DNA of 64,000 nt from an uncultured Gammaproteobacteria bacterium (lineage in GTDB: Bacteria > Pseudomonadota > Gammaproteobacteria > CAWCPV01). A program made the translations under genes and the position numbers. The notes beneath the pieces were generated by a model that was given only the letters and a program-made list of their open reading frames with translations, had not been told where the DNA came from and searched no databases. The stretch lies in NCBI GenBank assembly GCA_963797555.1, contig CAWCPV010000004.1, forward strand, positions 160,001 through 224,000, given 5' to 3'. Below are positions 10,066 to 21,678 of this stretch, piece after piece; position 1 is the stretch's first letter, and every line of letters begins with the position of its first letter.

Positions 10066-12333
10066 ATGCTGAGCAAGGAGCTGGAGTACACCCTCAACAT
10101 CTCTTTCAAGAGGGCGCGGGAGAAACGGCACGAATTCATGACCGTGGAGCACCTGCTGCTCGCATTGACCGAGAACCCCGTGGCCGCGAGGGTGCTGCGC
10201 GCCTGCAGCGCCGATCTGGACAAGCTGAGGAAGGATCTCGCCAGCTTCCTGGAGCAGACCACCCCCTTGCTGGCCCCCAACGACGACCGTGAGACACAGC
10301 CGACACTCGCCTTCCAACGGGTGCTGCAGCGGGCCGTCCTACACGTGCAGTCCTCGGGAAAGAAGGAGGTTACCGGCGCCAATGTGCTGGTCGCCATTTT
10401 CGGAGAGCAGGATTCGCAGGCGGTCTACTTCCTCAGCAAACAGAACATTACCCGCCTGGATGTGGTGAACTACATCTCCCATGGCATCTCTAAGGTCCAC
10501 GGCGAGGAAGAGGGCCAGGGTTCGCCCTCACCGGCGGACGACGAGACCGCGGAGCCTGCCGGCAAGAGCGCCCTGGAGATGTACGCAACGAACCTTAACC
10601 AGTTGGCGCGGCAGGGCAAGATCGACCCGCTCATTGGACGCCGGGACGAGATCCAGCGCACCATCCAGATTCTGTGTCGCCGGCGCAAGAACAACCCCCT
10701 GTTCGTGGGGGAGGCCGGAGTCGGGAAGACGGCACTGGCCGAGGGGCTCGCCAAGATGATCGTGGATGGCGAGGTCCCGGAGGTGCTTGCCCACAGCACG
10801 ATCCATGCCTTGGACCTGGGTGCCCTCTTGGCCGGCACCAAGTATCGCGGCGACTTCGAGAAACGCCTGAAGGCGGTGCTGGCCCAGCTCAAGAAGGACG
10901 TGGGCGCGATTCTGTTCATCGACGAGATCCACACGATTATCGGCGCAGGTGCCGCCTCGGGCGGGGTGATGGACGCCTCCAACCTCATCAAGCCCATGCT
11001 GGCCTCCGGCGACCTCAAGTGCATCGGTTCCACGACCTACCAGGAGTATCGCGGCATCTTCGAGAAAGATCGCGCTCTGGCACGGCGCTTCCAGAAGATC
11101 GACATCTCCGAGCCCTCGGTGGAGGAGACCATCCAGATCCTGCAGGGCCTCAAGCCCCGCTTCGAGGAGCACCACAGCGTGCGGTACACGCGTCAGGCAT
11201 TGCGTACCGCTGCGGAGCTGGCCGACCGCTACATCACCGACCGACACCTACCCGATAAGGCCATCGACGTGATCGACGAGGTCGGCGCGCAGCAGCGCTT
11301 GCTGCCGCCCTCGAAACGCAAGAAGACGATCGGCGTCCCTGACGTGGAGAACATCATCGCAAAGATGGCGCGCATCCCCCCGAAGAGCGTGTCCACCTCG
11401 GACAAGGAGGTGCTGCGCAATCTGGAGCGCGACCTCAAGATGGTAATCTTCGGCCAAGACGAGGCCATCGAGGCGTTGGGATCGGCCATCAAGATGGCGC
11501 GTGCCGGCCTGGGGAACCTGCAGAAGCCGATCGGCTGTTTTCTGTTCGCCGGTCCCACCGGCGTGGGAAAGACCGAGGTGACGCGGCAGCTTGCCCATGT
11601 GATGGGTATCGAGCTGATCCGCTTCGACATGTCCGAGTACATGGAGCGCCACACTGTGTCACGCCTCATCGGGGCGCCGCCGGGCTACGTGGGCTTCGAC
11701 CAGGGCGGGCTGTTGACCGATGCCATCATCAAGCATCCCCACGCGGTGCTGCTGCTGGATGAGATCGAGAAGGCGCACCCCGATGTCTTCAACCTGCTGC
11801 TGCAGGTGATGGACCATGGCACGTTGACGGACAACAACGGCCGCAAGGCGGACTTCCGCAACGTGATCCTCGTCATGACCACCAATGCGGGAGCGGAGCA
11901 GATGAGCCGGGCCAGCATTGGCTTCACCTCCCAAGACCATGCCGCCGACAGCGGCGAGGTTATCAAACGCACCTTTAGCCCGGAGTTCCGCAACCGTCTC
12001 GATGCCACCATCCAGTTCAAGGCGCTCGACCCGGTCACCATCGGCCGCGTCGTGGATAAGTTCCTTATCGAGCTGGAGGCCCAGCTACAGGAGAAGAACG
12101 TGACGCTGGAGGTGGACGAAAGGGCGCGCCAGTGGCTGGCGGAGCACGGATACGACCCCAAGATGGGGGCGCGTCCGATGGGTCGGCTGATCCAAGAGCA
12201 CATCAAGCGCCCCATGGCCGAAGAGCTTCTGTTCGGGAGGCTCGCCGCAGGCGGCCACGTGCTTATCAGGGAGGAGGGCGGGCAGTTGCGGCTGGAGTTC
12301 GAGGGCAGCGAGGCCGCGGTGTCCCTCGGTTAG
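10066..12333 (+). CDS. clpA: ATP-dependent Clp protease ATP-binding subunit ClpA
   Basis: Two AAA+ modules (GEAGVGKT, GPTGVGKT), N-terminal HEFMTVEHLL; follows clpS. Confidence 0.97.
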   Translation: MLSKELEYTLNISFKRAREKRHEFMTVEHLLLALTENPVAARVLRACSADLDKLRKDLASFLEQTTPLLAPNDDRETQPTLAFQRVLQRAVLHVQSSGKKEVTGANVLVAIFGEQDSQAVYFLSKQNITRLDVVNYISHGISKVHGEEEGQGSPSPADDETAEPAGKSALEMYATNLNQLARQGKIDPLIGRRDEIQRTIQILCRRRKNNPLFVGEAGVGKTALAEGLAKMIVDGEVPEVLAHSTIHALDLGALLAGTKYRGDFEKRLKAVLAQLKKDVGAILFIDEIHTIIGAGAASGGVMDASNLIKPMLASGDLKCIGSTTYQEYRGIFEKDRALARRFQKIDISEPSVEETIQILQGLKPRFEEHHSVRYTRQALRTAAELADRYITDRHLPDKAIDVIDEVGAQQRLLPPSKRKKTIGVPDVENIIAKMARIPPKSVSTSDKEVLRNLERDLKMVIFGQDEAIEALGSAIKMARAGLGNLQKPIGCFLFAGPTGVGKTEVTRQLAHVMGIELIRFDMSEYMERHTVSRLIGAPPGYVGFDQGGLLTDAIIKHPHAVLLLDEIEKAHPDVFNLLLQVMDHGTLTDNNGRKADFRNVILVMTTNAGAEQMSRASIGFTSQDHAADSGEVIKRTFSPEFRNRLDATIQFKALDPVTIGRVVDKFLIELEAQLQEKNVTLEVDERARQWLAEHGYDPKMGARPMGRLIQEHIKRPMAEELLFGRLAAGGHVLIREEGGQLRLEFEGSEAAVSLG

Positions 12334-12367
12334 GCCGCCGGGGTCACCGAACCGCAGGCATCACTGC

Positions 12368-12497
12368 CAGCTTGGGAATAAGGCCGCTGCGCGTCACGAT
12401 AGCGCGTTGCGCGCTCGCCGCGTATTTACGTGATAGATTGCGTCGCTGCTTCCTGCGACTTCCTCTCGGGCCGCCCGCAACGATTTTTTCCAAGCCC
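12368..12497 (+). mobile_element. Degenerate copy of the 141-bp MITE between convergent clpA and DUF3108 genes
   Basis: Colinear with the 21231 copy (cagcttgggaataa...gctgcgcgtcacgatagc...cgtcgctgc...cgattttttccaagccc); flanked by TGC/TGA. Confidence 0.8.
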
Positions 12498-12505
12498 TGA
12501 GTCGT

Positions 12506-13360
12506 TCACTGACCGGTGCTCGTCCGGGCTGCAGCCGGCTCCAGGGACTTCAGGAGCGAACGGTAGACCCGTCCGTCCTTTTCCGTATAGTCGATGCGCA
12601 CCGGCAGGTAGCCCAGGGTCGGGGCACACCACAGCGTGAACTGGCGCTTGCTCGACTCGTCCAGCCGCCGCAGTTCCAGCGCTTCATACGCGCCCGAAGG
12701 TGTGGTGACTTGCCCGGTCGCGACGACACGGATGTGGTACGTGCGGATGCTGTGTTTCCTCGCGTCCACGACCGGGTAGCTGAAATCCTTCCCGCCCTTG
12801 GCGAGGTCCTGCATAAGCGCGATCTGGAACACCAGCGGGTCCATGGTGCCGTCCGGGAGAGCGACCTCTGAGGCGGCGTGGTCTGTCGTGACATGAGCGA
12901 GATGGGCGCCCCAGTCGAATACCACGCCGATGGACCGCTGCCTGGAGCCGCCCTCGCGCCGATAGCTGTACTCCAGGGGACGGACCCGACCGCCCGCGTA
13001 CTCCCAGCGGCTGCTTTCGAGGATGCGATCGGGAAACAGATGGCCGACGAGCCCGTTGGCGTGGCTGAGCGACTGGAACACGAACTGGCCGCTACCGGCC
13101 GCGCGCAGGACCCGGCGCGCTTCTCCCAGATCCATGCCGGCGGTGCTGATAGCGTAGACCGCCGTGAAAGGCCGTACGCTGGCCTCCTCCCCCCACGCAA
13201 TCGGGACGGCTACGAGCCACAGCAGCCAGAGCGCCGTTGCGCGCCACCCTGCGCGATGGAAGCTCGACGGCATCTCCGCACGGCGATGGCCTGTGCCGTC
13301 CCGGTTTGACGGCCCGGGCGCGCCGGGGAGTGCTCCCCACCCCTCGATGCGGTGCATCAT
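12506..13360 (-). CDS. DUF3108 family exported protein (start uncertain)
   Basis: Signal-peptide-like segment, PFTAVY, RPLEYSY, DPLVFQIAL and LWCAPTLGYLPVRI; typical position after purN. Confidence 0.8.
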   Translation of the reverse strand: MMHRIEGWGALPGAPGPSNRDGTGHRRAEMPSSFHRAGWRATALWLLWLVAVPIAWGEEASVRPFTAVYAISTAGMDLGEARRVLRAAGSGQFVFQSLSHANGLVGHLFPDRILESSRWEYAGGRVRPLEYSYRREGGSRQRSIGVVFDWGAHLAHVTTDHAASEVALPDGTMDPLVFQIALMQDLAKGGKDFSYPVVDARKHSIRTYHIRVVATGQVTTPSGAYEALELRRLDESSKRQFTLWCAPTLGYLPVRIDYTEKDGRVYRSLLKSLEPAAARTSTGQ

Positions 13361-14016
13361 CGGCCTTGCTGCGCGACAGCCGGAGTGGGGCTGGGCAGAG
13401 GACGCCCGTCCAGCCAGGCTCGCCCGCTCGACAACGCCAGCCGGCCCTGGGCAAACCAGCGTATGGCCTCCGGGAGGATGCGATGCTCCTGCTCCAATAC
13501 GCGGGCGGCGAGGTCGTCGGAGGTGTCGCTCGGCAGGACCGGCACGCGGGCCTGGATGATGACCGGCCCGCCGTCCAAGTCATCGGTGACGAAGTGCACG
13601 CTTGCTCCGTGCTCCTGCACGCCGGCCTCCAGCGCGCGCCGATGGGTGTCCAGGCCGCGAAACGCCGGCAAGAGGGATGGGTGGATGTTGATGGCCCGGC
13701 CCCGGAAATGGGCGACGATCTCCGCACCCAAGATGCGCATGAAGCCCGCTAGCACCAAGAGGTCCGGGCGATAGCGATCGACCACTCCGATGAGAGCCCG
13801 GTCGAAGGACGCCCGGTCTGCGAAGCGGCGGTGATCCAGAACTGCTGTGGGGATGCCGGCGGCCCGAGCCCGCAACAACCCGTACGCATCCTCGCGGTTG
13901 CTGATTACGGCGTTCACCACCGCGGGCAGCTCGCCGCGAGCCACGGCATCGATGATGGCCTGCAGGTTGCTTCCCCGGCCGGAGATGAGGACTGCCACGG
14001 ACGAGGGCTTGGTCAT
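13357..14016 (-). CDS. purN: Phosphoribosylglycinamide formyltransferase
   Basis: [28 protein letters not shown] and HGASVHFVT motifs. Confidence 0.96.
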   Translation of the reverse strand: MTKPSSVAVLISGRGSNLQAIIDAVARGELPAVVNAVISNREDAYGLLRARAAGIPTAVLDHRRFADRASFDRALIGVVDRYRPDLLVLAGFMRILGAEIVAHFRGRAINIHPSLLPAFRGLDTHRRALEAGVQEHGASVHFVTDDLDGGPVIIQARVPVLPSDTSDDLAARVLEQEHRILPEAIRWFAQGRLALSSGRAWLDGRPLPSPTPAVAQQGR

Positions 14017-15056
14017 GACTCGAAGACGACCTTGGCCGGGCCCTCCCCGCGGCGCATCTCGCCGATGGGCCAAGCCGTTTCGCCCAGGCTCTGCAACAGC
14101 TCCAGCGCCCGCCCCAAATGTTCCGGAGGCAGGCACGCCATCATGCCGATCCCGCAGTTGAATGTGCGGTGCATTTCGTCGTCGGAAAGCCGTCCCTGCG
14201 CCTGCAACCAGTCGAAGATGGGTGGGCGCGGCCACGCCGAGCGCGACAGGTGAGCCATGGAGCCTTGCGGAAGCACCCGCGGCAAGTTATCCATCAGCCC
14301 GCCCCCGGTGATGTGCGCCAAGGCGTGCAGCGGGATCTCACGGGCTAGCGCGAGCAAGGATCGGACATAGATGCGCGTGGGCTCGAGCAGCACGTCCGCG
14401 AGTCGGCGCCCGTGAAAGGCTTGGACGAGGTCTGCGCCGGTGCGCTCCAGGATCTTGCGGATCAGAGAGTAGCCGTTGGAATGGGGACCCGAGGAGGCGA
14501 TGCCGATGAGCGCATCGCCCGGGAGCACCCTGCGTCCATCGATGATCCGATCGCGCTCCACGACGCCGACGCAGAACCCCGCCAAATCGTAGTCTCCGGT
14601 CTGGTAGAGGCCCGGCATCTCGGCCGTCTCCCCACCGACCAAGGCGGCTCCGGCCAGCTCACAGCCGCGGGCGATCCCTTCGATGACCTGACGTGCGACG
14701 TCCACGTCCAGCTTACCGCTGGCATAGTAGTCCAGGAAAAACAGCGGCTCCGCCCCGGTGACGGCCACGTCGTTGACGCACATGGCTACGAGATCGATGC
14801 CTATGCTCTCGTGTCGCCCGCTCGCGAGAGCCAGCTTCAGCTTGGTGCCCACGCCGTCGGTGCTAGCCACCAGAACGGGGTGCCGATACTGGGCGAGCGG
14901 CGCCTCGAACAGCGCAGCAAAACCACCGACCCCCGCCAGGACGCCAGGGCGTCGAGTGCGGGCCGCCAGGGGCTTGATGATGTCCACCAACCGATCGCCG
15001 GCGTCGATGTCCACACCCGCTTCGCGGTAGGTCAGCGGAGGGCGTTCGGAATCCAT
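14013..15056 (-). CDS. purM: Phosphoribosylformylglycinamidine cyclo-ligase (AIR synthase)
   Basis: [32 protein letters not shown] and FNCGIGM motifs. Confidence 0.97.
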   Translation of the reverse strand: MDSERPPLTYREAGVDIDAGDRLVDIIKPLAARTRRPGVLAGVGGFAALFEAPLAQYRHPVLVASTDGVGTKLKLALASGRHESIGIDLVAMCVNDVAVTGAEPLFFLDYYASGKLDVDVARQVIEGIARGCELAGAALVGGETAEMPGLYQTGDYDLAGFCVGVVERDRIIDGRRVLPGDALIGIASSGPHSNGYSLIRKILERTGADLVQAFHGRRLADVLLEPTRIYVRSLLALAREIPLHALAHITGGGLMDNLPRVLPQGSMAHLSRSAWPRPPIFDWLQAQGRLSDDEMHRTFNCGIGMMACLPPEHLGRALELLQSLGETAWPIGEMRRGEGPAKVVFES

Positions 15057-15277
15057 CTGTTGCACCTGCGCAGCCGTTGAAGCGACTAGCGCATGCGTCG
15101 GACTTTCCGCAACGGCCGGCCCCCGTTGGAACCGACGCTTGGTGCGGAGCCTCGGATGCGCGCACCTATGCTACCACGCCACGGTACTGGAGCCGCTATA
15201 CGGCCCTTCGGTCCGGGCACGGGAAGGTGTGCGTACGCCTTGACTTCGCGAGGCGAGCTGACTTAGCGTGCGCGGCT

Positions 15278-16315
15278 ATGTCGAAGATCCTGGCAGCCCT
15301 GTGCGCCCTGGCGTGCATGTCCGTGATCGCGCTAGGTGTACGCGCGGAGCCCAACGAGCTGTATGAGGCCGAGGTGCCGGTGAGCGGCCGCGATCCGCAA
15401 TTGCAGCCCGACGCCGTCCTGCAGGCACTCCTGGCGGTGGCGGTGAAAGTCTCCGGCCAGTCGCAGGTCGCCTCGCGGCTCAAGCCCGCGGTCGCCAACC
15501 CCGAGCGCCTGGTCCAGCAGTTCACTTACCGAGAAGGCGAGGGTGGGCGGACGATGCTGTGGGTGCGCTTTGAACCCCGCGCAGTGGACGGCCTGCTGCG
15601 GGCCCACGGCTTGCCGGTCTGGGGAAATCCGCGACCCACTGTCCTTCTCTGGCTCGGTCTCGAGGACCGAGGTCAGCGCATCCTGGTCGGCGCGGACGAG
15701 CGCCCCGATCTTCGGCAGGCGGCGACGGCAGCAGCGCGGCGGCGAGGCATTCCCCTGTTCATGCCGCTGCTCGACCTCGAGGACCAGACCCGCGTGCAAG
15801 CGGCGGACGTTTGGGCGGGTCGAATGGAGTCCCTGCGCAGCGCCAGTGCCCGCTATCACGCGGACGCGATCCTGGTGGCACATGTTGCGCCGGTTGCGGC
15901 GGACCACTGGGTCGGCGAATGGACGCTGCAAACGGGCGATGAGCCGACACAGTGGCGCACCGAGGGCAGCGCAACCGGCGTCGTCGAGGCGGGTGTGGAT
16001 GGTGCGGCCGATGCCCTCGCACGGCGCCGTGCCGGGGTCGGGGCCGGTGGCGGCGGCCCGGAGCAGCAGGCGCTGATGATCAAAGTCAAGGGCATCGGCA
16101 GCCTGCCCGAGTATGCTCAGGTGTTGCGTTACCTCGCTTCGCTGTCGCCGGTTAAGCAGGTGCGGCCTCGGCTGGTGGAGCCGGACAGCGTCACATTCAG
16201 CCTCGACGTGAGCGGTGGGCGTGCCGACCTCGACCAGGCGATCACGCTCGGTCACCTACTGGCACCGGTGCCATCATCCGCGGGAGCCGCGGCCGAATAC
16301 GGGCTGACACATTGA
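15278..16315 (+). CDS. DUF2066 family exported protein
   Basis: Signal peptide, LYEAEVPV, VWGNPRPTVLLWL and RRGIPLFMPLLDLED; divergent from purM, the usual context. Confidence 0.85.
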   Translation: MSKILAALCALACMSVIALGVRAEPNELYEAEVPVSGRDPQLQPDAVLQALLAVAVKVSGQSQVASRLKPAVANPERLVQQFTYREGEGGRTMLWVRFEPRAVDGLLRAHGLPVWGNPRPTVLLWLGLEDRGQRILVGADERPDLRQAATAAARRRGIPLFMPLLDLEDQTRVQAADVWAGRMESLRSASARYHADAILVAHVAPVAADHWVGEWTLQTGDEPTQWRTEGSATGVVEAGVDGAADALARRRAGVGAGGGGPEQQALMIKVKGIGSLPEYAQVLRYLASLSPVKQVRPRLVEPDSVTFSLDVSGGRADLDQAITLGHLLAPVPSSAGAAAEYGLTH

Positions 16316-16890
16316 CGCTGGCACACCTTCCGAACATCATCAGCCTGCTGCGTGTGATGCTGGTACTGCCCACGGTCTGGGCGCTGGTCCATGACCGTTA
16401 CGGGCTTGCCCTCGTCCTGTTCGCGGTTTGCGGTGCCTCCGACGCCCTCGATGGCTACCTCGCCAAGCGGTATGCGTGGACCAGCCGACTGGGTGCGATC
16501 CTCGACCCGCTGGCCGACAAGACCCTGCTGGTGGCGACCTACGTCACCTTGGCATGGCTCGGGGCGATCCCGCGCTGGCTGACGATCGCGGTGGTGGGCC
16601 GGGACCTCATCATCGTCGCTGGCGCGTTGGCGTACCATTTTCTGATCGGGCGCTTCGAGCTGGCTCCCACCTGGCTGAGCAAGGCGAACACACTGATGCA
16701 GATCGTTCTGGTCATGGCGGTGATGCTGGACCGCGCCGTGCCGGGCGTGCCGGCCCCAGTGCTCGTTTCTCTGATATATGGCGTGCTCTTGACCACGGTG
16801 CTGAGCGGGGTGGACTACATGATCATTTGGGGGCGGCGCGCGTGGCTGGTCGGACACCGTGGTGGCCCGGCCAAGAGCGGCGGCGGCTGA
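16312..16890 (+). CDS. CDP-alcohol phosphatidyltransferase family protein
   Basis: PNIISLLR and SDALDGYLAKR...GAILDPLADK motifs. Confidence 0.9.
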   Translation: MTLAHLPNIISLLRVMLVLPTVWALVHDRYGLALVLFAVCGASDALDGYLAKRYAWTSRLGAILDPLADKTLLVATYVTLAWLGAIPRWLTIAVVGRDLIIVAGALAYHFLIGRFELAPTWLSKANTLMQIVLVMAVMLDRAVPGVPAPVLVSLIYGVLLTTVLSGVDYMIIWGRRAWLVGHRGGPAKSGGG

Positions 16891-16954
16891 GGTCGGCGCG
16901 AGGCGGCCCGGGACGCCATAGCGGTCCAACGACCCGCGGCCAGAACGTCACGCC

Positions 16955-17650
16955 ATGGGCGTCCAGCTTCCCTTGAACATCCGCCTGACGGACGGGGCGA
17001 GCTTCGACAACTATTACCCCGGTCCTAACCGGGAGATATTGCATTGCCTGCGCCGCAGCTTGCAGGCGGAAGAGCAGTGCACGGTCTATCTCTGGGGCGG
17101 GGCGGGGGTGGGCAAGACGCATCTGCTGCAGGCCGCCTGCCGGCAGCTTACCAATCGCGGCGAGCCGAGCGTCTATCTTCCATTGGCGGAGGACACACCC
17201 CAGTCCATGCTGGACGGGCTGGATCAGATGGCTCTAGTCTGTCTGGATGATCTCCATGCCTGCACTGGCCGAGGAACGTGGGAGCATGTTCTGTTCGCCC
17301 TCTACAACCGCTGTCAAGAGGTCGGCACGCAGCTCTTGGTGGCCGCAAATGCGCCTCCGGGCTCGATTGGATTGGCGCTACCAGACTTGGTGTCGCGCCT
17401 CTCGTGGGGGCTGGTCCTGCACGTTCGGGGGCTGAGCGAACGAGACAAGGTGGCCGCTCTTCGGCACCGGGCCCGAGGTCGCGGGCTGGATCTGCCGGTC
17501 GCGGTGGCCTCCTTCCTGCTGAGGCGCTATCCGAGGGATCTGCCGTTCCTGTTCGGGCTACTGGATCGGATCGACTTGGCCGCGTTCACGGCGCACCGCC
17601 AAGTCACCATTCCATTCGTCAAGGGGGTGCTCGAATCCAGCGACCGCTGA
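16955..17650 (+). CDS. hda: DnaA regulatory inactivator Hda
   Basis: QLPL clamp-binding motif, GGAGVGKTHLL and LPDLVSRLSWG. Confidence 0.93.
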   Translation: MGVQLPLNIRLTDGASFDNYYPGPNREILHCLRRSLQAEEQCTVYLWGGAGVGKTHLLQAACRQLTNRGEPSVYLPLAEDTPQSMLDGLDQMALVCLDDLHACTGRGTWEHVLFALYNRCQEVGTQLLVAANAPPGSIGLALPDLVSRLSWGLVLHVRGLSERDKVAALRHRARGRGLDLPVAVASFLLRRYPRDLPFLFGLLDRIDLAAFTAHRQVTIPFVKGVLESSDR

Positions 17651-17664
17651 TGGAGCGGGCGCCT

Positions 17665-18614
<950 letters not shown>

Positions 18615-18719
18615 GGATCTTCCGGGGTGGGACGGGCATCAATTCTATCGTGCCTTTCCTTGACAGCCTACATACCTGGTGTTAGCTTCGCTTCGGATTC
18701 GCGTGGCTGGGTGACAGAT

Positions 18720-19340
18720 ATGCGTTGTGCCACAAGGTACACGGGGCTTCTGGCGGGGTGCTTTGCGTGCTTGCTGGTCGGATGCGCCAGCGCCCCGATC
18801 CAGCAAATGAGCGACGCCCGCCAGGCCTTGCAGGCTGCCGAGCAGGTGGGTGCTCCGGAGCTGGCCCCCATCGAGTTCAAGCAGGCGAACCGACATTTGA
18901 GGAAGGCCGAGCACGCCATGGAGGTAGCGGAGTATCGGAGGGCGCGAGCGGAGGCCGAGCAGGCGCAGGGGCAGGCCACCGATGCCCGATCGCTCGCGGT
19001 TGCCCTGCGGGCGGCTCATGACGCGGTCGAGCAAGGGAAGGCGATCGGGGCGCCATCCCCCGATGCAGGCTTATTCCTGGACCGCGCATTGCAGGCGGCG
19101 AAGCTGGGTCAGACAGAGCGGGCGCATGCGCTCGCGACGCAGGCGCACGATGTCGCTACCGCCGCAGCCGGCAAGTGGTATGCCAGCCAGGCCTGGCGTC
19201 TCATCGAGCGCCTGGAGGCATCCGCTGCCCGTTTGGAACCCGGTGAGCGCGCGCGCCTGGATAAGGCCAAGGAAGCCTATGAACGGGGCGACGGCAAGGC
19301 GGCCTACGATCTATTGAAGCCGCTCGCTAATGCTCCTTGA
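18720..19340 (+). CDS. Lipoprotein with DUF4398-like domain and Ala-rich helical extension
   Basis: Lipobox LVGC followed by APIQQMSDARQALQAA. Confidence 0.7.
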   Translation: MRCATRYTGLLAGCFACLLVGCASAPIQQMSDARQALQAAEQVGAPELAPIEFKQANRHLRKAEHAMEVAEYRRARAEAEQAQGQATDARSLAVALRAAHDAVEQGKAIGAPSPDAGLFLDRALQAAKLGQTERAHALATQAHDVATAAAGKWYASQAWRLIERLEASAARLEPGERARLDKAKEAYERGDGKAAYDLLKPLANAP

Positions 19341-19453
19341 GGGGTGCGCCCACAGATGATTGCTCGGCGAATCGCCGCCTTGCCGCGCGAGCCTGGCATC
19401 CCCGGCGGCGGGCGAGCGGCCCTCGCTGCGGCGAGACCCGCCTCTGGCGCGTC

Positions 19454-20735
19454 ATGAGGCGGCAGGCCGCCAGGCTGATCGCGTACGGCCTGGCCTTCCT
19501 TCGTCACTTGTCCGCTCGCTTCTGTGCGGACCGCTGCCTGATCGCCGCGGCGGGGCTCTCCTATGCGACCCTGCTATCCCTGGTGCCACTCATGACAGTG
19601 GCCTTCGCCGCGCTGGCGACCTTTCCCGTGTTTCAGACCTTCGCGGCGGACATCCAGGACTTCATCTTCAAGAACTTCGTGCCCGCGTTTGGTCAGTTGG
19701 TAGAGGAGCACCTGCGCCAATTCGTGGACCAGGCCAAGGGCCTCACTGCCGTCGGTATCCTGTTCCTGATCCTCGCAGCACTCTTGTTGATGGCGGAGAT
19801 CGAACGGGCCCTCAACGACATCTGGCAGGTCCGACGCCGCCGCCGTGCTCTGTCCAGTTTTCTCGTCTGTTGGGCAGTGCTCAGCCTGGGGCCGCTGCTC
19901 ATCGGCATGAGTCTGGCCATGACGTTCCTATCTGGTTTCGCTGCCGTTATTCTCCAATACGGCCGGTGTGGGCGCCAAGGCACTGGTGTTTCGGACGATG
20001 CCGTTCCTGCTGACGACATCGGCGGCCACGCTGTTGTACACCGTCGTCCCGAACCGCACCGTGGGGCTGCGCTACGCGCTCGCCGGCGCCTTGGTCGCCG
20101 CGATTTTCTTCGAGTTGGCGAACCGCGGGTTCGCGTTCTATGTGACCCACTTTCCCGTTTATCGGATGATTTACGGCGCCCTGGCCGCCATCCCGGTGTT
20201 CCTGCTATGGATATATGTGTCGTGGGTGGTGATACTGCTGGGCGCTGAAGTGACCCGCGCGCTGATGACGTTCCGTCCCGAAGACGCGGGCGGGCCGAAG
20301 ACGCGGGGAGGCGTGGGATTGGTCGATGCCTACCGAATCGTCGGACATTTGTGGGACGCTCAGGCACAGGGCCTCGCCCTTTCCGAGCGGGACCTCTTGA
20401 ATCGGGAGCCCGAGATCGGGGAGTCGGGACTCGAGGCGTTGCTCGCCGAGCTTGAAGCCGGTCGGCTATTGCAGCGCACCGCTGCCGGGGACTGGATGCT
20501 GGCCCGAGACTGCTCTCGGCTGACGCTCGGCGACCTTTACGACTACTTGCCGTACCGGCTTCCGGAGCCGGACGCGGCTTGGCGGAATCGGGACGGGCGC
20601 AGTGGTGCTCTGTCGCGGCTGCTCTCGGCGACCCGTCACTGCCTGGACGAGGGCATGCACGTGCCGCTCGAGTCGCTATACCAGGACGCAGACGGTGCGG
20701 TTGGCGCCGCTGTCCGCAGAATTCCTGCGGAATAA
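19454..20735 (+). CDS. YihY/BrkB family inner-membrane protein with C-terminal winged helix; frameshifted near 19920-19970
   Basis: DRCLIAAAGLSYATLLSLVP and IERALNDIW in ORF 19337; VPNRTV and IYGALAAIPVFLLWIY in ORF 19968. Confidence 0.85.
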
Positions 20736-21008
20736 CCGGGTACAGGTACTCGCCGCGGCACTCGCCGGCCCGAAGTCTGTGGCGGCCGTCGCGCAGAGCG
20801 TGGGCGGATACCGCCTCGCCAGCCTACCGCTGATAATCCGCAACGGGCGTCACTGGCCCTTCACGAGTGCCCGATGTGCAGCCGGATGCTCCCGCGCATC
20901 CGGCCACGTCCGGCCAGCGTCGTGGCCGTCTCGGGGCCGGCGCGGCACTGTTGTCCCGCGGGGCCATGCGAGAGTTCTCATCATCGTGCAGCCGAGGAGC
21001 GACAGCGC

Positions 21009-21230
21009 GTGACTGACAGGCAAGAGGAACACGAGCGGGCCACACTCGCGCAGGTGATCGCGGGGGTTCTTGCGGCTTTCTTCGGCGTCCGCCGACGCGC
21101 CAAACACGAGGAAGGAATGCGCAAGGCTACGCCCGGGCAAGTGATCTTGGTGGGGCTTATTCTCGTGGGCGGACTGGTCCTCCTGCTCGTGTCCGTCGTA
21201 TGGCTGGTTGTCCGGCTCACGGGGAGCTGA
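21009..21230 (+). CDS. DUF2970 family small membrane protein
   Basis: QVIAGVLAAFFGVRRR...PGQVILVGLI pattern with a C-terminal TM helix. Confidence 0.75.
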   Translation: MTDRQEEHERATLAQVIAGVLAAFFGVRRRAKHEEGMRKATPGQVILVGLILVGGLVLLLVSVVWLVVRLTGS

Positions 21231-21371
21231 GAGCTTGTGAATAAATCTGCTGCGCGTCCCGATAGCCGCGTTGCGCGGTGCTCGCTCCTCGCCTATCTAC
21301 TTGATATGTCTCGTCGCTGCGCTCCGTGCGCCTTGCTCTCGGACCGCTCGCGACGATTTCTTCACAAGCTC
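21231..21371 (+). mobile_element. MITE, 141 bp, young copy
   Basis: TIRs gagcttgtgaataaatc / gatttcttcacaagctc (16/17); TGA duplicated at 21228-30 (the DUF2970 stop codon) and 21372-74; 2 mismatches versus the 40040 copy. Confidence 0.93.
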
Positions 21372-21374
21372 TGA

Positions 21375-21500
21375 GAGCTTGAGAAAAAGCCAAAGGGCGC
21401 GACTTATCCCGCCGCGTGGAATGTCTGACCCTACCAGATCAACGCGTTATGCTGCGTACCCGGAAAGCAGGAAGACCTACGGCGTTTTATTCAGACGCCC
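21375..21500. mobile_element. Possible second, older MITE-like element abutting the first
   Basis: Begins gagcttgagaaaaag and ends ttttattcagacgccc (imperfect IR); flanked by TGA/CGA; interior unrelated to the 141-bp family. Confidence 0.45.
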
Positions 21501-21678
21501 CGAGGGCTGCGAGCGAATCGGAGAGTAGCTGTTTTGTGGAAAATGTGTATTATTGTGTGAAACGATGCCTAGACGCTTAGCGGCGTCGTGGTAGAAAAGT
21601 CAGGTCGGGCTGGTTCGCCCGGCCGGGTGATGAAGGAGAAATGTGACGGTGATCCACAGGTCGCTCGGGGTATGACGC

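Noticed and set aside
20881-20904. REP-like hairpin GCCGGATGC-N6-GCATCCGGC
   Set aside because: Only one copy seen, no GTAG foot and no RAYT transposase; insufficient support.
21271-21528. Repeated ORFs such as [24 protein letters not shown] (also 40080, 45909, 61059) suggesting a small protein family
   Set aside because: They are translations of MITE copies, with no consistent start, stop or RBS.
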